A DNA stretch of 64,000 nt from Pseudomonadota bacterium (GCA_005792545.1 SXRM01000037.1:1706-65705), one strand, 5' to 3'; numbered from the stretch's first letter, positions 26,969-36,900 are shown. Numbers and translations: made by a program. The notes: generated by a model from the letters alone, not told the origin.

Positions 26969-28732
26969 ATGACCCTGGCAAACTTCGCGGCTCCCGTCCG
27001 CACTCAGCAACTGCACGAAACGCTGCGCGACAACGCTGGTCGGCCGGTGCCGGCGACGTGCGTGTACCGCACCGACGACATCGCGGGCACGGTGCGGGCG
27101 TGCTTTGCGCGCGGCGAAGCGGTGTTGATGGTTGGGTCGCTGACCAGCGCGACCGGCAACTTCGAGCTGGAGATCTGGCGTCCGCATCCGGCGGTGGCGG
27201 GTTGTGCGGTCGTTGGCATTCAGCCACTGAGTCTCGCAGTCGATGCCTCCGGCGATGTGCTGCCGACCCAGCCCGCACTGCACGGCGACCCAGACGACGT
27301 GCTGCGCAGCGACCGCATTGCGTTGCACCTGCACCGCGAGGGCACCGATCGCCACACTATCCAAGCAGGGGCCGGCGTGACGCTCGCGCAGATCAACCGG
27401 GCGCTGCGCGAGTTTTTTGCCGCCGACGAGTACTTTGACTACTGCGTGCCGGTCGACCTGACCACCATCGACAGCGCGCAGGTAGGCGCGGTCTATGCCA
27501 CTGGCGCGCAGGGGCCGTCGCGGTTCCGCATCAGCGACGTCGCGCGGCGGGTGACGCTGTGCAACGACGAGGCACTGACCCGGCTCGGCGACGCGGCGAG
27601 CATCGCTGCGCACGAAGGCCTGTGGGGCATGACCGGCGCGGTCGTGGATCTGGAATTGCGGGTGTATCGGCGCCCTAAGCACCGGTTTGGCTTCTTCATT
27701 CCGCTGGTGCGTTCAGCGACGGGCAACTGGATCGATCAAGTGGCTGCCGTCCTGGCGCTGCTGCGCGACGCAACCACGCTGACTTTGCAAGACGGCGCGC
27801 TATCGTCGGGCTGGGCCAATGGCGTCATCGACGGCGCAGAGGTGGTCGCGCGCGAGACCCTGGAACTGGTCGCGAACACCAAGTTGCCCGCGGGTCCCAA
27901 CCGTCAGGTGGCTCAACGCGTGCTCGCGCTGATGCAAGCCCGAGAAAAGAGCGGCGGCTATCGCAGCCAAAGCGACTTTGGCGTCTATCTGACCGGCAAC
28001 GCGCGGTTTTCAGAGCTCGATGGCTTCTTGGACGACGCCGACAGCCCGCTGGCGCGCCTGTTGGAGTATGCAGAGCACAGTGAGCGCTTTCTGCACGCCG
28101 ACGGCATGACCACCGTCATCGACGACATGCGCGGATTGGAGGACATGCGGTTGTTGCGCGAAGCGTTCGCCGACATCGCCCGCCAGTACGCCAAGCATCG
28201 CGAGCCAGGCCAGGGCAAGCCGTTTAGCGAGAGTACCGACATCAATTGCTCGATCGATCCGCAGGCCGCCGCGGCGATGTCGGTCGATCAGTTGCGCGAG
28301 CAATTTCGTTGGATCCTGCAGCCCTATTACGCCTACGAGATGCGCATCCGCGACCTGGCCGAGGTCGCCAGGGCCCACGGCGCGTCGGTGACCCTGTGCC
28401 GCTACGGCCATCTGAACCCGCGCTCGACCAACCTGCACACCCGGGTCACGGTCCACGCTCCGGAAGGCTCGATCGCTGCGCCTGTGCTGGTGCAAGTGGT
28501 GCAGCGGGCGCGCGACAACCTGCTGGCGGTGCTAAAGGACTTGAGCGAGCGCCACGCCGCAATCCGTGCCGAGGGCGGCGAAAAGGGCAAGATGACCGCC
28601 GACGCCTGGCACCTGATGACGGCTGCGCAGCGCGACGAAGCGGTAGCCCTGCTAGCGGCGGCCGACCCGCGCTGGCAAGCCCACCTCAAGGGTCATTGGG
28701 CGCGGGCAGTGCAAGCGGCGCGCAAGCTTTGA
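26969..28732 (+). CDS. FAD-binding PCMH-type oxidoreductase (divergent D-2-hydroxyacid dehydrogenase-like)
   Basis: AGAGVTLAQIN, QVGAVYATGAQG, GLWGMTGAV, YGHLNPRSTNLH, AEGG. Confidence 0.65.
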   Translation: MTLANFAAPVRTQQLHETLRDNAGRPVPATCVYRTDDIAGTVRACFARGEAVLMVGSLTSATGNFELEIWRPHPAVAGCAVVGIQPLSLAVDASGDVLPTQPALHGDPDDVLRSDRIALHLHREGTDRHTIQAGAGVTLAQINRALREFFAADEYFDYCVPVDLTTIDSAQVGAVYATGAQGPSRFRISDVARRVTLCNDEALTRLGDAASIAAHEGLWGMTGAVVDLELRVYRRPKHRFGFFIPLVRSATGNWIDQVAAVLALLRDATTLTLQDGALSSGWANGVIDGAEVVARETLELVANTKLPAGPNRQVAQRVLALMQAREKSGGYRSQSDFGVYLTGNARFSELDGFLDDADSPLARLLEYAEHSERFLHADGMTTVIDDMRGLEDMRLLREAFADIARQYAKHREPGQGKPFSESTDINCSIDPQAAAAMSVDQLREQFRWILQPYYAYEMRIRDLAEVARAHGASVTLCRYGHLNPRSTNLHTRVTVHAPEGSIAAPVLVQVVQRARDNLLAVLKDLSERHAAIRAEGGEKGKMTADAWHLMTAAQRDEAVALLAAADPRWQAHLKGHWARAVQAARKL

Positions 28733-28735
28733 TCG

Positions 28736-31156
28736 CTAATTGCTGCTCGGCTTCCAGCCTTTTTGGACCTTGCCGCTGTGGTACACCCACAGTCGCTGGT
28801 TGGCGGCGAAGGGCCCTTTGTAGGTCTTGACGTCGGCGCCGATCCAGCGGACTTCGATGCTGTCGACGCTCTCGGCGGTGCCGAGGCCAAAGTGGCAGGT
28901 CGGGCTGTCCTGGCCACCCTGCCCACCGCCACCATTGACGTAGCGCACCTGTTTCTTGCCGCCCACCGTAATCTCGACGCTGGCGCCAAGCCCCATGCGG
29001 TTGCTCTTGCCGTCTCCGACCGTGCGGACCTGCAAGAAGCCGCCTTTCTTGCTTGCGGGCAACTGGTTGCGCAACAGCTCGTTCTGGGCAATCAGCTCCA
29101 GGTCGCCGTCGTTGTCGAGGTCGGCCGACGCCAGGCCCCAACCGCCGCGCGAGGTGATGCCGGCGTGCAGGCGATCGATGCTGAAGGTGCCGTCGCCGTT
29201 GCCCCAGTAAAAGTCGGTCGGTCGGCCTTCGTAGACGGCGCTGATCGCCAGGTCCAAGTCGCCGTCCTGGTCAAAATCGCCGAGCGCAGGCACCGAGTGG
29301 GTCTCTTGATAGCGGATGCCGGCGTCGCCCATCGGGATCTCGAAGGTGCCCTGGATGTCGTTCCAGTGGCCGGGCTTGTCCTGGATCAGCACCTGAGTCT
29401 TGTTGCTGAAGTTGTAGAAGCGCGGGTGGGCAAGGTTTGCGACCACCGCGTCCAGAAGGCCGTCGCCGTTCAAGTCGCCAAACGCGGCGCCGATGCTGTG
29501 GCCAAAGTAGGTCTGGCCGCCCCAATTGGTCTTCTTGCCGGCGAGCGTGGTCCCTGCTCCATCTTCGGTAAAGGTGCCGCCGTCGTTGCGGAAATACAGG
29601 TTGCGCACCAGCACGTAGTTGTTGACGAACACGTCGACGTCGCCGTCGCGGTCGGCGTCTACGGTCAGCGCGCCGCGGCTGGGGGTCTTGTAGCCCTGCG
29701 GCCCGGGAAAGCCGTGGGTGCCCGTCCAATCCTCAAACTTGCCGCCGCCCAGGTTGTGGAACACCGTATCCTGGTAAGGCGAGTAGTCGTCCCAGCACTG
29801 AAAGCGCGACACGTACAGGTCGAGCAGGCCATCGGCGTCAAAATCGCCCCAGGCCGCGCCGGCGCTCGGCGCGTGCTTGCCCTTGCCCTTGCAGTCGTTG
29901 TAGGTCTGGTTGCCGTCGATGCCCGAGTTGGCGGTCACGTCGGCAAACTTGCCCTTGCAGTCGCCTTTCCACAGCCGGTCGGGATCGGAGTAACCCTCGA
30001 CAAACGTGAAGATATCCGGGCAGCCGTCGTTGTCGTAGTCGCCCCACACGCCACCCGACGCTGCGCCTTGCAAGCCCGAGTCGGCGGTCGCCTCGACCAG
30101 CTTGCCGTCGTCGTTGCGCCACAGCTGGGGCCCAGGCATCAGCAGGTCGTCGTCGCCATCGTTGTCAAAGTCGCCGAACGAGTGGCGGTTCGACGGCTTC
30201 TTGGGCTCGCCCTTGTCGTCCGCTGGCGTCGGCATCGGCGCAAACACCAGCTCGGCCGGCGCGGGCTCCGGCAGCGGCTCGACCCACAGGCGCACCAGAA
30301 AGTCGGTGGCGTGCGACGACGACAGCCCGTTCCAGTTGAAGTAAGACTGATTGTTGAGCGTGAAGTTCTTGACCGTCGGCAAGTTCCACGCGGAGTGGCA
30401 GCGGGCGAACGTCTCGCAGCACTTCTGCGCGTCGGTACACTCCTTGGCGATGGTGCTGTCCAGCGCGAACGCGGCCGAATTGACGCCTTCGCGCTTGTGG
30501 GCGACGTACACCAGCTGGGGTTGCTCAAAGGTCATGGGCTCCGGCAGCGCGTAGTCCAGCCAGCCGTCGCCGTTGCCGCTCGGCGCCGGGTCGCCCTTGA
30601 GGTCGCCGGGACAACGGCCGCCTGTGAAGTAGCTCTGGAACTGCCAGAAATCAAATCCGTTGTTGCTCAGGTCCGGGAACAAGCCGGCAGTCAGATCGGC
30701 GGCATCCGGCGCGGGATTGCCCGCCCAGCGAATCGAGAAACCCCAGACGCGCACCGGCTTTTCCAGGTCAAAGCGCACAGCCTCCCACAGCTGCTGATCG
30801 GCCATCTTCTTGCCGACCACATTCAGGCCTTGTTCGGGCAGCGACTTGCCAGGCTTGCCGTCGTCCCACTGAATTGTCTGCAAGCCCTTAGGGATCCAGC
30901 CGAGCGCCGTATTGCAGCCGCTCGCCGGTGGCAGGTCGGGCTTGGGGCCGTAGTCGGGTCCGGCATCCGCTGGGATTGCAGCACTGTCGGCGCCGGCATC
31001 GCCGGCAATGGCGACGTCGGCCGCAGTGTCCTGGCCAAGGCTGTCCTTGGCGACAACTGCGTCAGCCGACGCCGGGCTGGCTGGCGTCGCGGTCGAACCG
31101 CCGCAGGCCGCGCCGAGCAAACCTGGCAGCACAAGGACAAGGGCGCGCATCGACAT
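28736..31156 (-). CDS. CRTAC1/ASPIC-UnbV family FG-GAP-repeat lipoprotein
   Basis: GGAGG RBS; lipobox GAAC; seven DxDxDGxxD repeats; C-terminal HFGLG ASPIC/UnbV motif. Confidence 0.85.
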   Translation of the reverse strand: MSMRALVLVLPGLLGAACGGSTATPASPASADAVVAKDSLGQDTAADVAIAGDAGADSAAIPADAGPDYGPKPDLPPASGCNTALGWIPKGLQTIQWDDGKPGKSLPEQGLNVVGKKMADQQLWEAVRFDLEKPVRVWGFSIRWAGNPAPDAADLTAGLFPDLSNNGFDFWQFQSYFTGGRCPGDLKGDPAPSGNGDGWLDYALPEPMTFEQPQLVYVAHKREGVNSAAFALDSTIAKECTDAQKCCETFARCHSAWNLPTVKNFTLNNQSYFNWNGLSSSHATDFLVRLWVEPLPEPAPAELVFAPMPTPADDKGEPKKPSNRHSFGDFDNDGDDDLLMPGPQLWRNDDGKLVEATADSGLQGAASGGVWGDYDNDGCPDIFTFVEGYSDPDRLWKGDCKGKFADVTANSGIDGNQTYNDCKGKGKHAPSAGAAWGDFDADGLLDLYVSRFQCWDDYSPYQDTVFHNLGGGKFEDWTGTHGFPGPQGYKTPSRGALTVDADRDGDVDVFVNNYVLVRNLYFRNDGGTFTEDGAGTTLAGKKTNWGGQTYFGHSIGAAFGDLNGDGLLDAVVANLAHPRFYNFSNKTQVLIQDKPGHWNDIQGTFEIPMGDAGIRYQETHSVPALGDFDQDGDLDLAISAVYEGRPTDFYWGNGDGTFSIDRLHAGITSRGGWGLASADLDNDGDLELIAQNELLRNQLPASKKGGFLQVRTVGDGKSNRMGLGASVEITVGGKKQVRYVNGGGGQGGQDSPTCHFGLGTAESVDSIEVRWIGADVKTYKGPFAANQRLWVYHSGKVQKGWKPSSN

Positions 31157-31273
31157 GACAACCTCCATAGGCGGCTGAGCGTACGCCAAATCGGGGTTTG
31201 GAGCAAAGGGGGGCTTTGTTCAGACGCTTGAAATCACGAATGAACTACAGGTGGATTCGATCGCCCCAGGCGG

Positions 31274-32176
31274 CTACCAGCGCCAGCCAATGCCGCCGCG
31301 CCAGGTCGCCAACAGGTCCATGGTCAACGCGACCGCATAGTGCAGGGCCACGCCGAGCCAGACGCTGCCGTGACGTAGCGCCAACCAGCCGAGCACGCTG
31401 CCGGCCACAATTGCGCCCAAAGTCTCCGCCAGGGGCTTGCCAAAGTGCGCGATAACGTACGGCACCAGCATCCACGCCAGCGCATACGCGCCCCAGTCGC
31501 GGTGCAGGCCAAAAGCAATCCAGCCGCGCCAGAAGCACTCGCCGCTGACGAATACCAGCACGTAGAGCGCCTGATAGGTCGCAAACTCGAGGACTTGCAG
31601 GGTATTGGCGCTATCGAGCAGCGCCCGCGCCAGCGGGTATTTGGCCTGAAACGCCGCGGTGCCGCTGGCGTACCACACGGCCGGCAGCACCAGCAGGTAG
31701 AGCCCCAAGTACACTGGCCATGTGCGTTGCCCGCTCGGGGCGCGCCGCCAGCCCAGATCGCGCATCGTCAACCCGAGCCGATCCGCCAGCAACCACGGCA
31801 CGCCGAGCCTGAAGATCGCGGCAGCGATCGAGAAGTAGGCAAAGCCCCACACCGGCCGCAGCCAACCCACTGCGGGCAAGCGCGGTTGCCACCACCTTTC
31901 CCAGGCATCCAGGCGACCGAGGTACCAGAAGGCACACAGCGCGACGGCAGTGCCAGCCAGCACCCAGGCCGTACGGTCCGTCTGGCCGCGCCGCCACGCT
32001 TGAGGGTCGGCTAGGCGCAACAGCAGCGCCAGCGCCGCCCAGCCGCAAGCCAGATGGACGATGAACCACGCCTCCGGCTCCACCACACCGGCATGGCGCG
32101 CCAGCACCTGCCCAGCCAGCAGAGCGGCAGCGGCAATCAGCACCCACGGCTTGCCCGGCAGCGCCGCGGACGGCAT
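31274..32176 (-). CDS. CPBP-family intramembrane glutamic protease
   Basis: GECFWRGW, HFGKPLAE, LHYAVA; multi-TM. Confidence 0.8.
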   Translation of the reverse strand: MPSAALPGKPWVLIAAAALLAGQVLARHAGVVEPEAWFIVHLACGWAALALLLRLADPQAWRRGQTDRTAWVLAGTAVALCAFWYLGRLDAWERWWQPRLPAVGWLRPVWGFAYFSIAAAIFRLGVPWLLADRLGLTMRDLGWRRAPSGQRTWPVYLGLYLLVLPAVWYASGTAAFQAKYPLARALLDSANTLQVLEFATYQALYVLVFVSGECFWRGWIAFGLHRDWGAYALAWMLVPYVIAHFGKPLAETLGAIVAGSVLGWLALRHGSVWLGVALHYAVALTMDLLATWRGGIGWRW

Positions 32177-32179
32177 GGA

Positions 32180-34978
32180 CTACCGCCGCAAGAACGTGGG
32201 CACCGGCGCGTGGCGCTCGTTGGCCGGCTTCTTGCGCAGGTTGAGCGTCAGGCGCGCGGGGTTGTAGACCAGCAGGTTGTGGGTCGTCGGCGTGGTGATG
32301 ATGAACTGGGCGCGGGTCACCCCAAGAAAACGCGCCACCTCGTCGATGCGCTCGACCGACAGGTGCGCGAATGGTTCGTCGAGGATGAAAAAGCCCGTTG
32401 CGTCGCCGCCCTCTTCCATGGTCAACGCCATCAGTAGGATAAGCGACGACACCACGCTCTGACCGCCCGACAGCTTGGGGTCGTCGACCGCCACCGGCTT
32501 CTTGCCGTCAAAACCGATGCGGATTTCGAGCCCTGCCTTGCCGAGCAGATCGTCGTTGTCCTCGCGCAGCACCTCGGCATTGGGCACTTTGACCTGCACT
32601 TCGACGCGGCACAGCTCTCCCAAGCGCAAGACATTGTTCCGGTATCTGCGAATGGTCTCGTGCACGACGCGCCGGTAGGCCTGGCGGGCCAGCGCCAGCT
32701 CTTCGTTGCCCTGGGCCAGCTGATTGCGGTGGCGGGCCATGGCGCGCTCGTGCTCCGCAAGCTCAGCTGCCGCGCGCTCAAAGATGTGGACGCTGCGCGG
32801 ATCGCGGTTGCCGTCGAACTGAGCGATGCGATCGCGCACGAGGTTCAGGCGCTCGATGAGCTGCAGCTCTGGCGGCAGCAACTCTTGCGCAGCCGGGGTC
32901 TGCAGCTCGGGCGGCACGGTCGCCGCCAGTTCGGTGCGCTCGGCCTCCAGGCGCTGCAACTTGGCTGTGTAGGCGCCGAGCTGGGTGCGCGCGCGGTCGC
33001 GTTCCAGGATCGCCTCGCGATTGCGGTACTCCAGCTGCGAAATGCGCCGCTCGCGGTCCACCACCTCGACGTTGGCAAGATCGATCTGGTTGAGCAACGC
33101 GAACAGCCGCTCAGAAGCACCCCGGCGCGCATCGACTAGCTCAGCGATGCGGCCAGGCAGCGCATCCGGGTCGCCGATGCGCGCGAGCAGCTTGCCGCGC
33201 ACCTTGTCCGCGACCAGCAGTTCGTCGATTTGCGCAATACGCCGCGACGTGGGCCCGAGCGACGCTTCCAGGCTGTCGCGCAGTTGGCGCAAACGACCGA
33301 GCTCAGACTCGACTTGGGCTTTGCGATGGCCACCGGACGACGCGCCGCAGTACAGGTCGGTGACACCCACGAAAATGCCGCCGCGGGTGTCTTGCCGATA
33401 GCCGTCGGGCGTGATGCTGGTCTGCCGCCCCAGCTTGTGCCCCTCTTCGACGCTGTGCACCAGCTGCACCGACGCCAGCTGCTGCACGATGTGCTCGGGC
33501 AGACGGGCGTCTGTGATTTGCACCGCCGACAGCGCTGAGCCTTGGCGCACCGGATGCCGGCGCGAACTCTCCCATGCGGTCACATAGTTGCGGTACTTGT
33601 TGCGCTGACCGATCTTGCGGCCGGACAGCTCGTCTTTGGCGTCGACCAGGATCGTGAAGCGGGCGTTGCCAAGCACGGACTCGACGGCGACCTGCCACTC
33701 TGGCTCAGTGATTTCAAGCACGTCGGCGACGATCGAGGCTTCAATGCCCTCGCGCCGCAATTCGCGCAGCATGGCCGCCGTGGCCTCCGGCGGCGCACGC
33801 CGAGACCGGCCACCGCCGTCCAGCTGACTCAATTCGCTGCGAAGCTCTGAGATCTGCGCGATGACCCGGGTCAGATCGCCGCGGGTACTCGACTCGCCGG
33901 CCACCAGCCGCGTGCGCTCTTCCGCCAGCCGTTCGGCCTCGCCCGCCGCATCCAGTGCACCCTGCGACCGCAGCTCTTCGAGCTCCGCCTCCATGCGCTT
34001 GAGGTCGCGATGCCTGCCGTCCAGACCTTCCTTTTCGGTCATCAGCGCCTGGTAGCCGCGCTTGGTTGCTTCGATGCCCTCGCGCAGCTCAGACACCGCC
34101 ACACGCAAGGCGTCGGCTTCACCGGTAAAGCCGGTCAGCACGTCGTCCGCCGCCTTGAGCACCGAGCCGGCGCGGGCGAGATCGCTGTGTACGTCGTCGA
34201 CGTCGCGACAGAGGCCCTTGAGACGCGACGCCGGCAGCGAAACGTCGCGCAGTTGCCGCTCTTGGGCTTCCAGGCCGCTCAGCTCTTTGTACTGCTCGGC
34301 GTCGCGGCGCAGGACATCGACGTGCAGCGCCTGCACCTGCAAGCGGCGCTCCATATCCTCGAGATCGCGTTGGCCGGCCAGGTACTCGCTGCGGGCGTCG
34401 GCGTAGCGCTCCAGAACTTGCTTGTCGCCTTGCAGCTCCAGCACGTATTCGAGCAACTGCTCTGGCGTACGCTGCGCCAGCTTGTGGGTCTCGCCCTGCT
34501 CCAGCGCTAGAACCTTGAGCAGCGTGCGCGGCACCTGCGCCTCTTCAAGCGCCTTGGCGTACTCCTCCGGGCCCATGCCGTGCGCCGCGATCTTGAGCGT
34601 GTCGATCGGGGCGTCGCCGGCCACGATGTGGTAGCGACGTTGCCACTGGCCTTGCTTGCGTTCGAGCACGCAGGCGATGGTGGCCTGGTCGTCAAATACG
34701 CCGCGCGACGAAAACGGTCGCTTGCCCGTGCCCTTGCGCAGCGGGTTGGTCACCACCGCTTTGACGATCGCTACGCCGGTGTCGTCGCGCAGGTACTGCG
34801 GCATCTTGCGCGACGTCGACAGCTTGCGCGCGCCCAGCAACACCCGCACGGCGTCGAGCACGGTGGTCTTGCCGCTGCCATTGGGCCCGGCGATGAGCAC
34901 TACCTGCTCGTCGAGCGGCATGCGCACGTGGGACCAGTAGTCCCAATTCATCAATTCCAACCACTTGAACGTGAACAT
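32180..34978 (-). CDS. SMC-family ATPase, MksB/JetC-like
   Basis: Walker A GPNGSGKT, Q-loop LEQGE, coiled coils, hinge ADVLEITEPEWQVAVESVLGNARFTILV...ITPDG, LSGGQ, Walker B/D-loop FILDEPFAHL; 932 aa. Confidence 0.85.
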   Translation of the reverse strand: MFTFKWLELMNWDYWSHVRMPLDEQVVLIAGPNGSGKTTVLDAVRVLLGARKLSTSRKMPQYLRDDTGVAIVKAVVTNPLRKGTGKRPFSSRGVFDDQATIACVLERKQGQWQRRYHIVAGDAPIDTLKIAAHGMGPEEYAKALEEAQVPRTLLKVLALEQGETHKLAQRTPEQLLEYVLELQGDKQVLERYADARSEYLAGQRDLEDMERRLQVQALHVDVLRRDAEQYKELSGLEAQERQLRDVSLPASRLKGLCRDVDDVHSDLARAGSVLKAADDVLTGFTGEADALRVAVSELREGIEATKRGYQALMTEKEGLDGRHRDLKRMEAELEELRSQGALDAAGEAERLAEERTRLVAGESSTRGDLTRVIAQISELRSELSQLDGGGRSRRAPPEATAAMLRELRREGIEASIVADVLEITEPEWQVAVESVLGNARFTILVDAKDELSGRKIGQRNKYRNYVTAWESSRRHPVRQGSALSAVQITDARLPEHIVQQLASVQLVHSVEEGHKLGRQTSITPDGYRQDTRGGIFVGVTDLYCGASSGGHRKAQVESELGRLRQLRDSLEASLGPTSRRIAQIDELLVADKVRGKLLARIGDPDALPGRIAELVDARRGASERLFALLNQIDLANVEVVDRERRISQLEYRNREAILERDRARTQLGAYTAKLQRLEAERTELAATVPPELQTPAAQELLPPELQLIERLNLVRDRIAQFDGNRDPRSVHIFERAAAELAEHERAMARHRNQLAQGNEELALARQAYRRVVHETIRRYRNNVLRLGELCRVEVQVKVPNAEVLREDNDDLLGKAGLEIRIGFDGKKPVAVDDPKLSGGQSVVSSLILLMALTMEEGGDATGFFILDEPFAHLSVERIDEVARFLGVTRAQFIITTPTTHNLLVYNPARLTLNLRKKPANERHAPVPTFLRR

Positions 34979-35040
34979 CGCGCGCTGTCGTCACCCTTCG
35001 AACGGCCACCGCCGTCCAATCCATGCCCGATCGTGCTTGC

Positions 35041-35787
35041 CTATTCGCCAAACTCGTCGCCGTCGACTTCGCTGGCCTCGTCCGCGCCTTCAGCCACGTC
35101 GGCCACGCCTTTGTCCAGGACGTCCCACAACACCGAGTCGCGCAGCTTTTGGGCCATCTGTACGCCGTCGATCAGCAGGTCGAGCAGCGGCCCTTCGCGC
35201 AGGTTGCCGGCGCGATCCTCGCGCACGAAACCCGCCGATTTGAGCTGGCCGACGTAGCGGGCAAACGCCGTCTTGCCGAACTTGCGGCCAAACTCGGCGT
35301 ACAGCTGATCGCGGCTGATCGAAGGCGCAGGGCCTGGCTCTGCCGGAGCCGAAGCTGCGGCGCCAGTGCCATCCGCAATCGGCGCCGGCGCCAGGTGATC
35401 CGCGGGATCCAAGCGTTTGGGCAGCACGAGCTTTGCCCACAGCACCACCAACAGCGCCACCGCGCCGCGTGGCAACCGCGCGTTGGTGGCCCAGTCGAAA
35501 GCAATGTCGCCTTCGATTGCGCGCTTGAGCCGCGCGGCAAAGTAATCCGACGTGAAGGACTCAACGAGCTCAAGGCCCACCATGCCCAAACGCCGGCCGA
35601 CCATCGCCCGCAGGTCGTCGTCGAGCAGCAAGTCGCGGTACGCGCGCTTGGGCACCCAGCGTTCGATGAGCAGGCGCGAGCAGATTTCCTCTGCGCGCGT
35701 TTCGCGTTCAGCGTCGTGGCGCGCGGAGCCCCCGTCGTTGCGCAGCTGTGCCGCCGGTGCTGCCGTGGTCTGATCGCGGTCTTCCAT
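35041..35787 (-). CDS. KITE (MksE/MukE/JetB-like) tandem winged-helix protein
   Basis: Directly upstream of the SMC gene; ALLVVLWAKL helix and GPLLDL motif; about 250 aa; family call partly from context. Confidence 0.6.
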   Translation of the reverse strand: MEDRDQTTAAPAAQLRNDGGSARHDAERETRAEEICSRLLIERWVPKRAYRDLLLDDDLRAMVGRRLGMVGLELVESFTSDYFAARLKRAIEGDIAFDWATNARLPRGAVALLVVLWAKLVLPKRLDPADHLAPAPIADGTGAAASAPAEPGPAPSISRDQLYAEFGRKFGKTAFARYVGQLKSAGFVREDRAGNLREGPLLDLLIDGVQMAQKLRDSVLWDVLDKGVADVAEGADEASEVDGDEFGE

Positions 35788-35971
35788 TCGTCGGCGCCAA
35801 CCGCGTGCTCAATGGCAGACGGCGGCGCAGGGATAACATAATGTGGCGGGCTTGGCTATCGGCGCGATCGGGGAACAGCACCGCCGTTGCCCATCAGATC
35901 AGGCTGTTGAACCGAACAGGCAAATGCGGCCGCTGCGCACGCTGCGGTCACTCGCGGCCTGGCACGAAGCT

Positions 35972-36541
35972 TCAGGCAGGCGCAGCCTGTCGCCAGTCGG
36001 CCGCGTCAGCACGCGCGCGTTCTGCCAGTTTGATCAATGCCCCGACATCAAGCGACGGGCGAAGCGCTGCCCGCGCCGCCAATTGCGCCCGCGCCTGCCC
36101 TTCGCCTAGCCGCGCCGCCTGCTCGCGCGCTTCGGCCGCGCGCAGGGCGGACTGCAGTCGCTCAATCGTCCGGTACGCCTCCGCGTAATCGGACTCCAGA
36201 TTTGCGCGGCGCTGTTCGTGCGCCGGGTCTGCGCGCGGCGGCTCCGGCGGCGCTGCCAGGGCCTGACGCGCCCCAGCAATAGTCATGCCCTTGTCGTACA
36301 GCAGACTGCGGATCCGCAGCAGGCGCTCGGCGGCCGGCCTGCCATACAGCAGGCGGTTGGTCGAACTGCGCTCTGGGCGCACCGAGCCGAACTGGTCGGT
36401 CCAAAACCGCACAACGTGGGTCTGTACGCCAAGCAGGTCGGCCAATTCGCCAATCCGCAACAGGGTCTTGTCCGGCCACTGGTCGAGCGGCACTGCGGGG
36501 CGCACGCTCGAATCGGGTGGGGCGGCTGGTTTGCTGGGCAT
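35972..36541 (-). CDS. MerR-family HTH regulator (ihfA-linked type)
   Basis: LRIGELADLLGVQTHVVRFW...RLLY...LYDKGMTIAGAR; follows ihfA. Confidence 0.88.
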   Translation of the reverse strand: MPSKPAAPPDSSVRPAVPLDQWPDKTLLRIGELADLLGVQTHVVRFWTDQFGSVRPERSSTNRLLYGRPAAERLLRIRSLLYDKGMTIAGARQALAAPPEPPRADPAHEQRRANLESDYAEAYRTIERLQSALRAAEAREQAARLGEGQARAQLAARAALRPSLDVGALIKLAERARADAADWRQAAPA

Positions 36542-36691
36542 GACGTCGCTCGTTTGGAGGCAGCGCCGAGCCTAGCGCAAAACCCGGCGCGCGTGAACGG
36601 GCCGGGACGGCACCGGGTGCGGATCGCGCTGTGGGGTCTACGGCCTGGTGCGCGGAACTGGTGAATATGCATGGCGTTCAGGTTGGACCCG

Positions 36692-36740
36692 GCGGCTAAA
36701 GCCGCAGGCTTGTTGTACGAAGCCCGGCCTGCGCCGGGCT
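36692..36740. repeat. REP-like double hairpin (second family, single copy in window)
   Basis: GCGGCT-AA-AGCCGC (36692-36705) and AGCCCGG-CCTGCG-CCGGGCT (36721-36740). Confidence 0.5.
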
Positions 36741-36900
36741 AATTTTTCCTTGTGATGATCTAGCTTTGCGGAGGCAAGGCTTTTCGCCCGGAGGCCGCGG
36801 CCTCAGCCGCCGGCAGCAAATACCAGGACCGTGTGGGCACCATGCCAGCGATCGCCCCCATTTCAGGAACCGCACCCGACCGCACCATCAACGGCAAGCC

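Noticed and set aside
28763-31231. 822 aa plus-strand ORF opposite the FG-GAP gene
   Set aside because: Antisense shadow with no RBS or motifs
32180-35787. Complete Wadjet anti-plasmid system
   Set aside because: No jetA or jetD candidate adjacent; reported only as a JetBC-like pair
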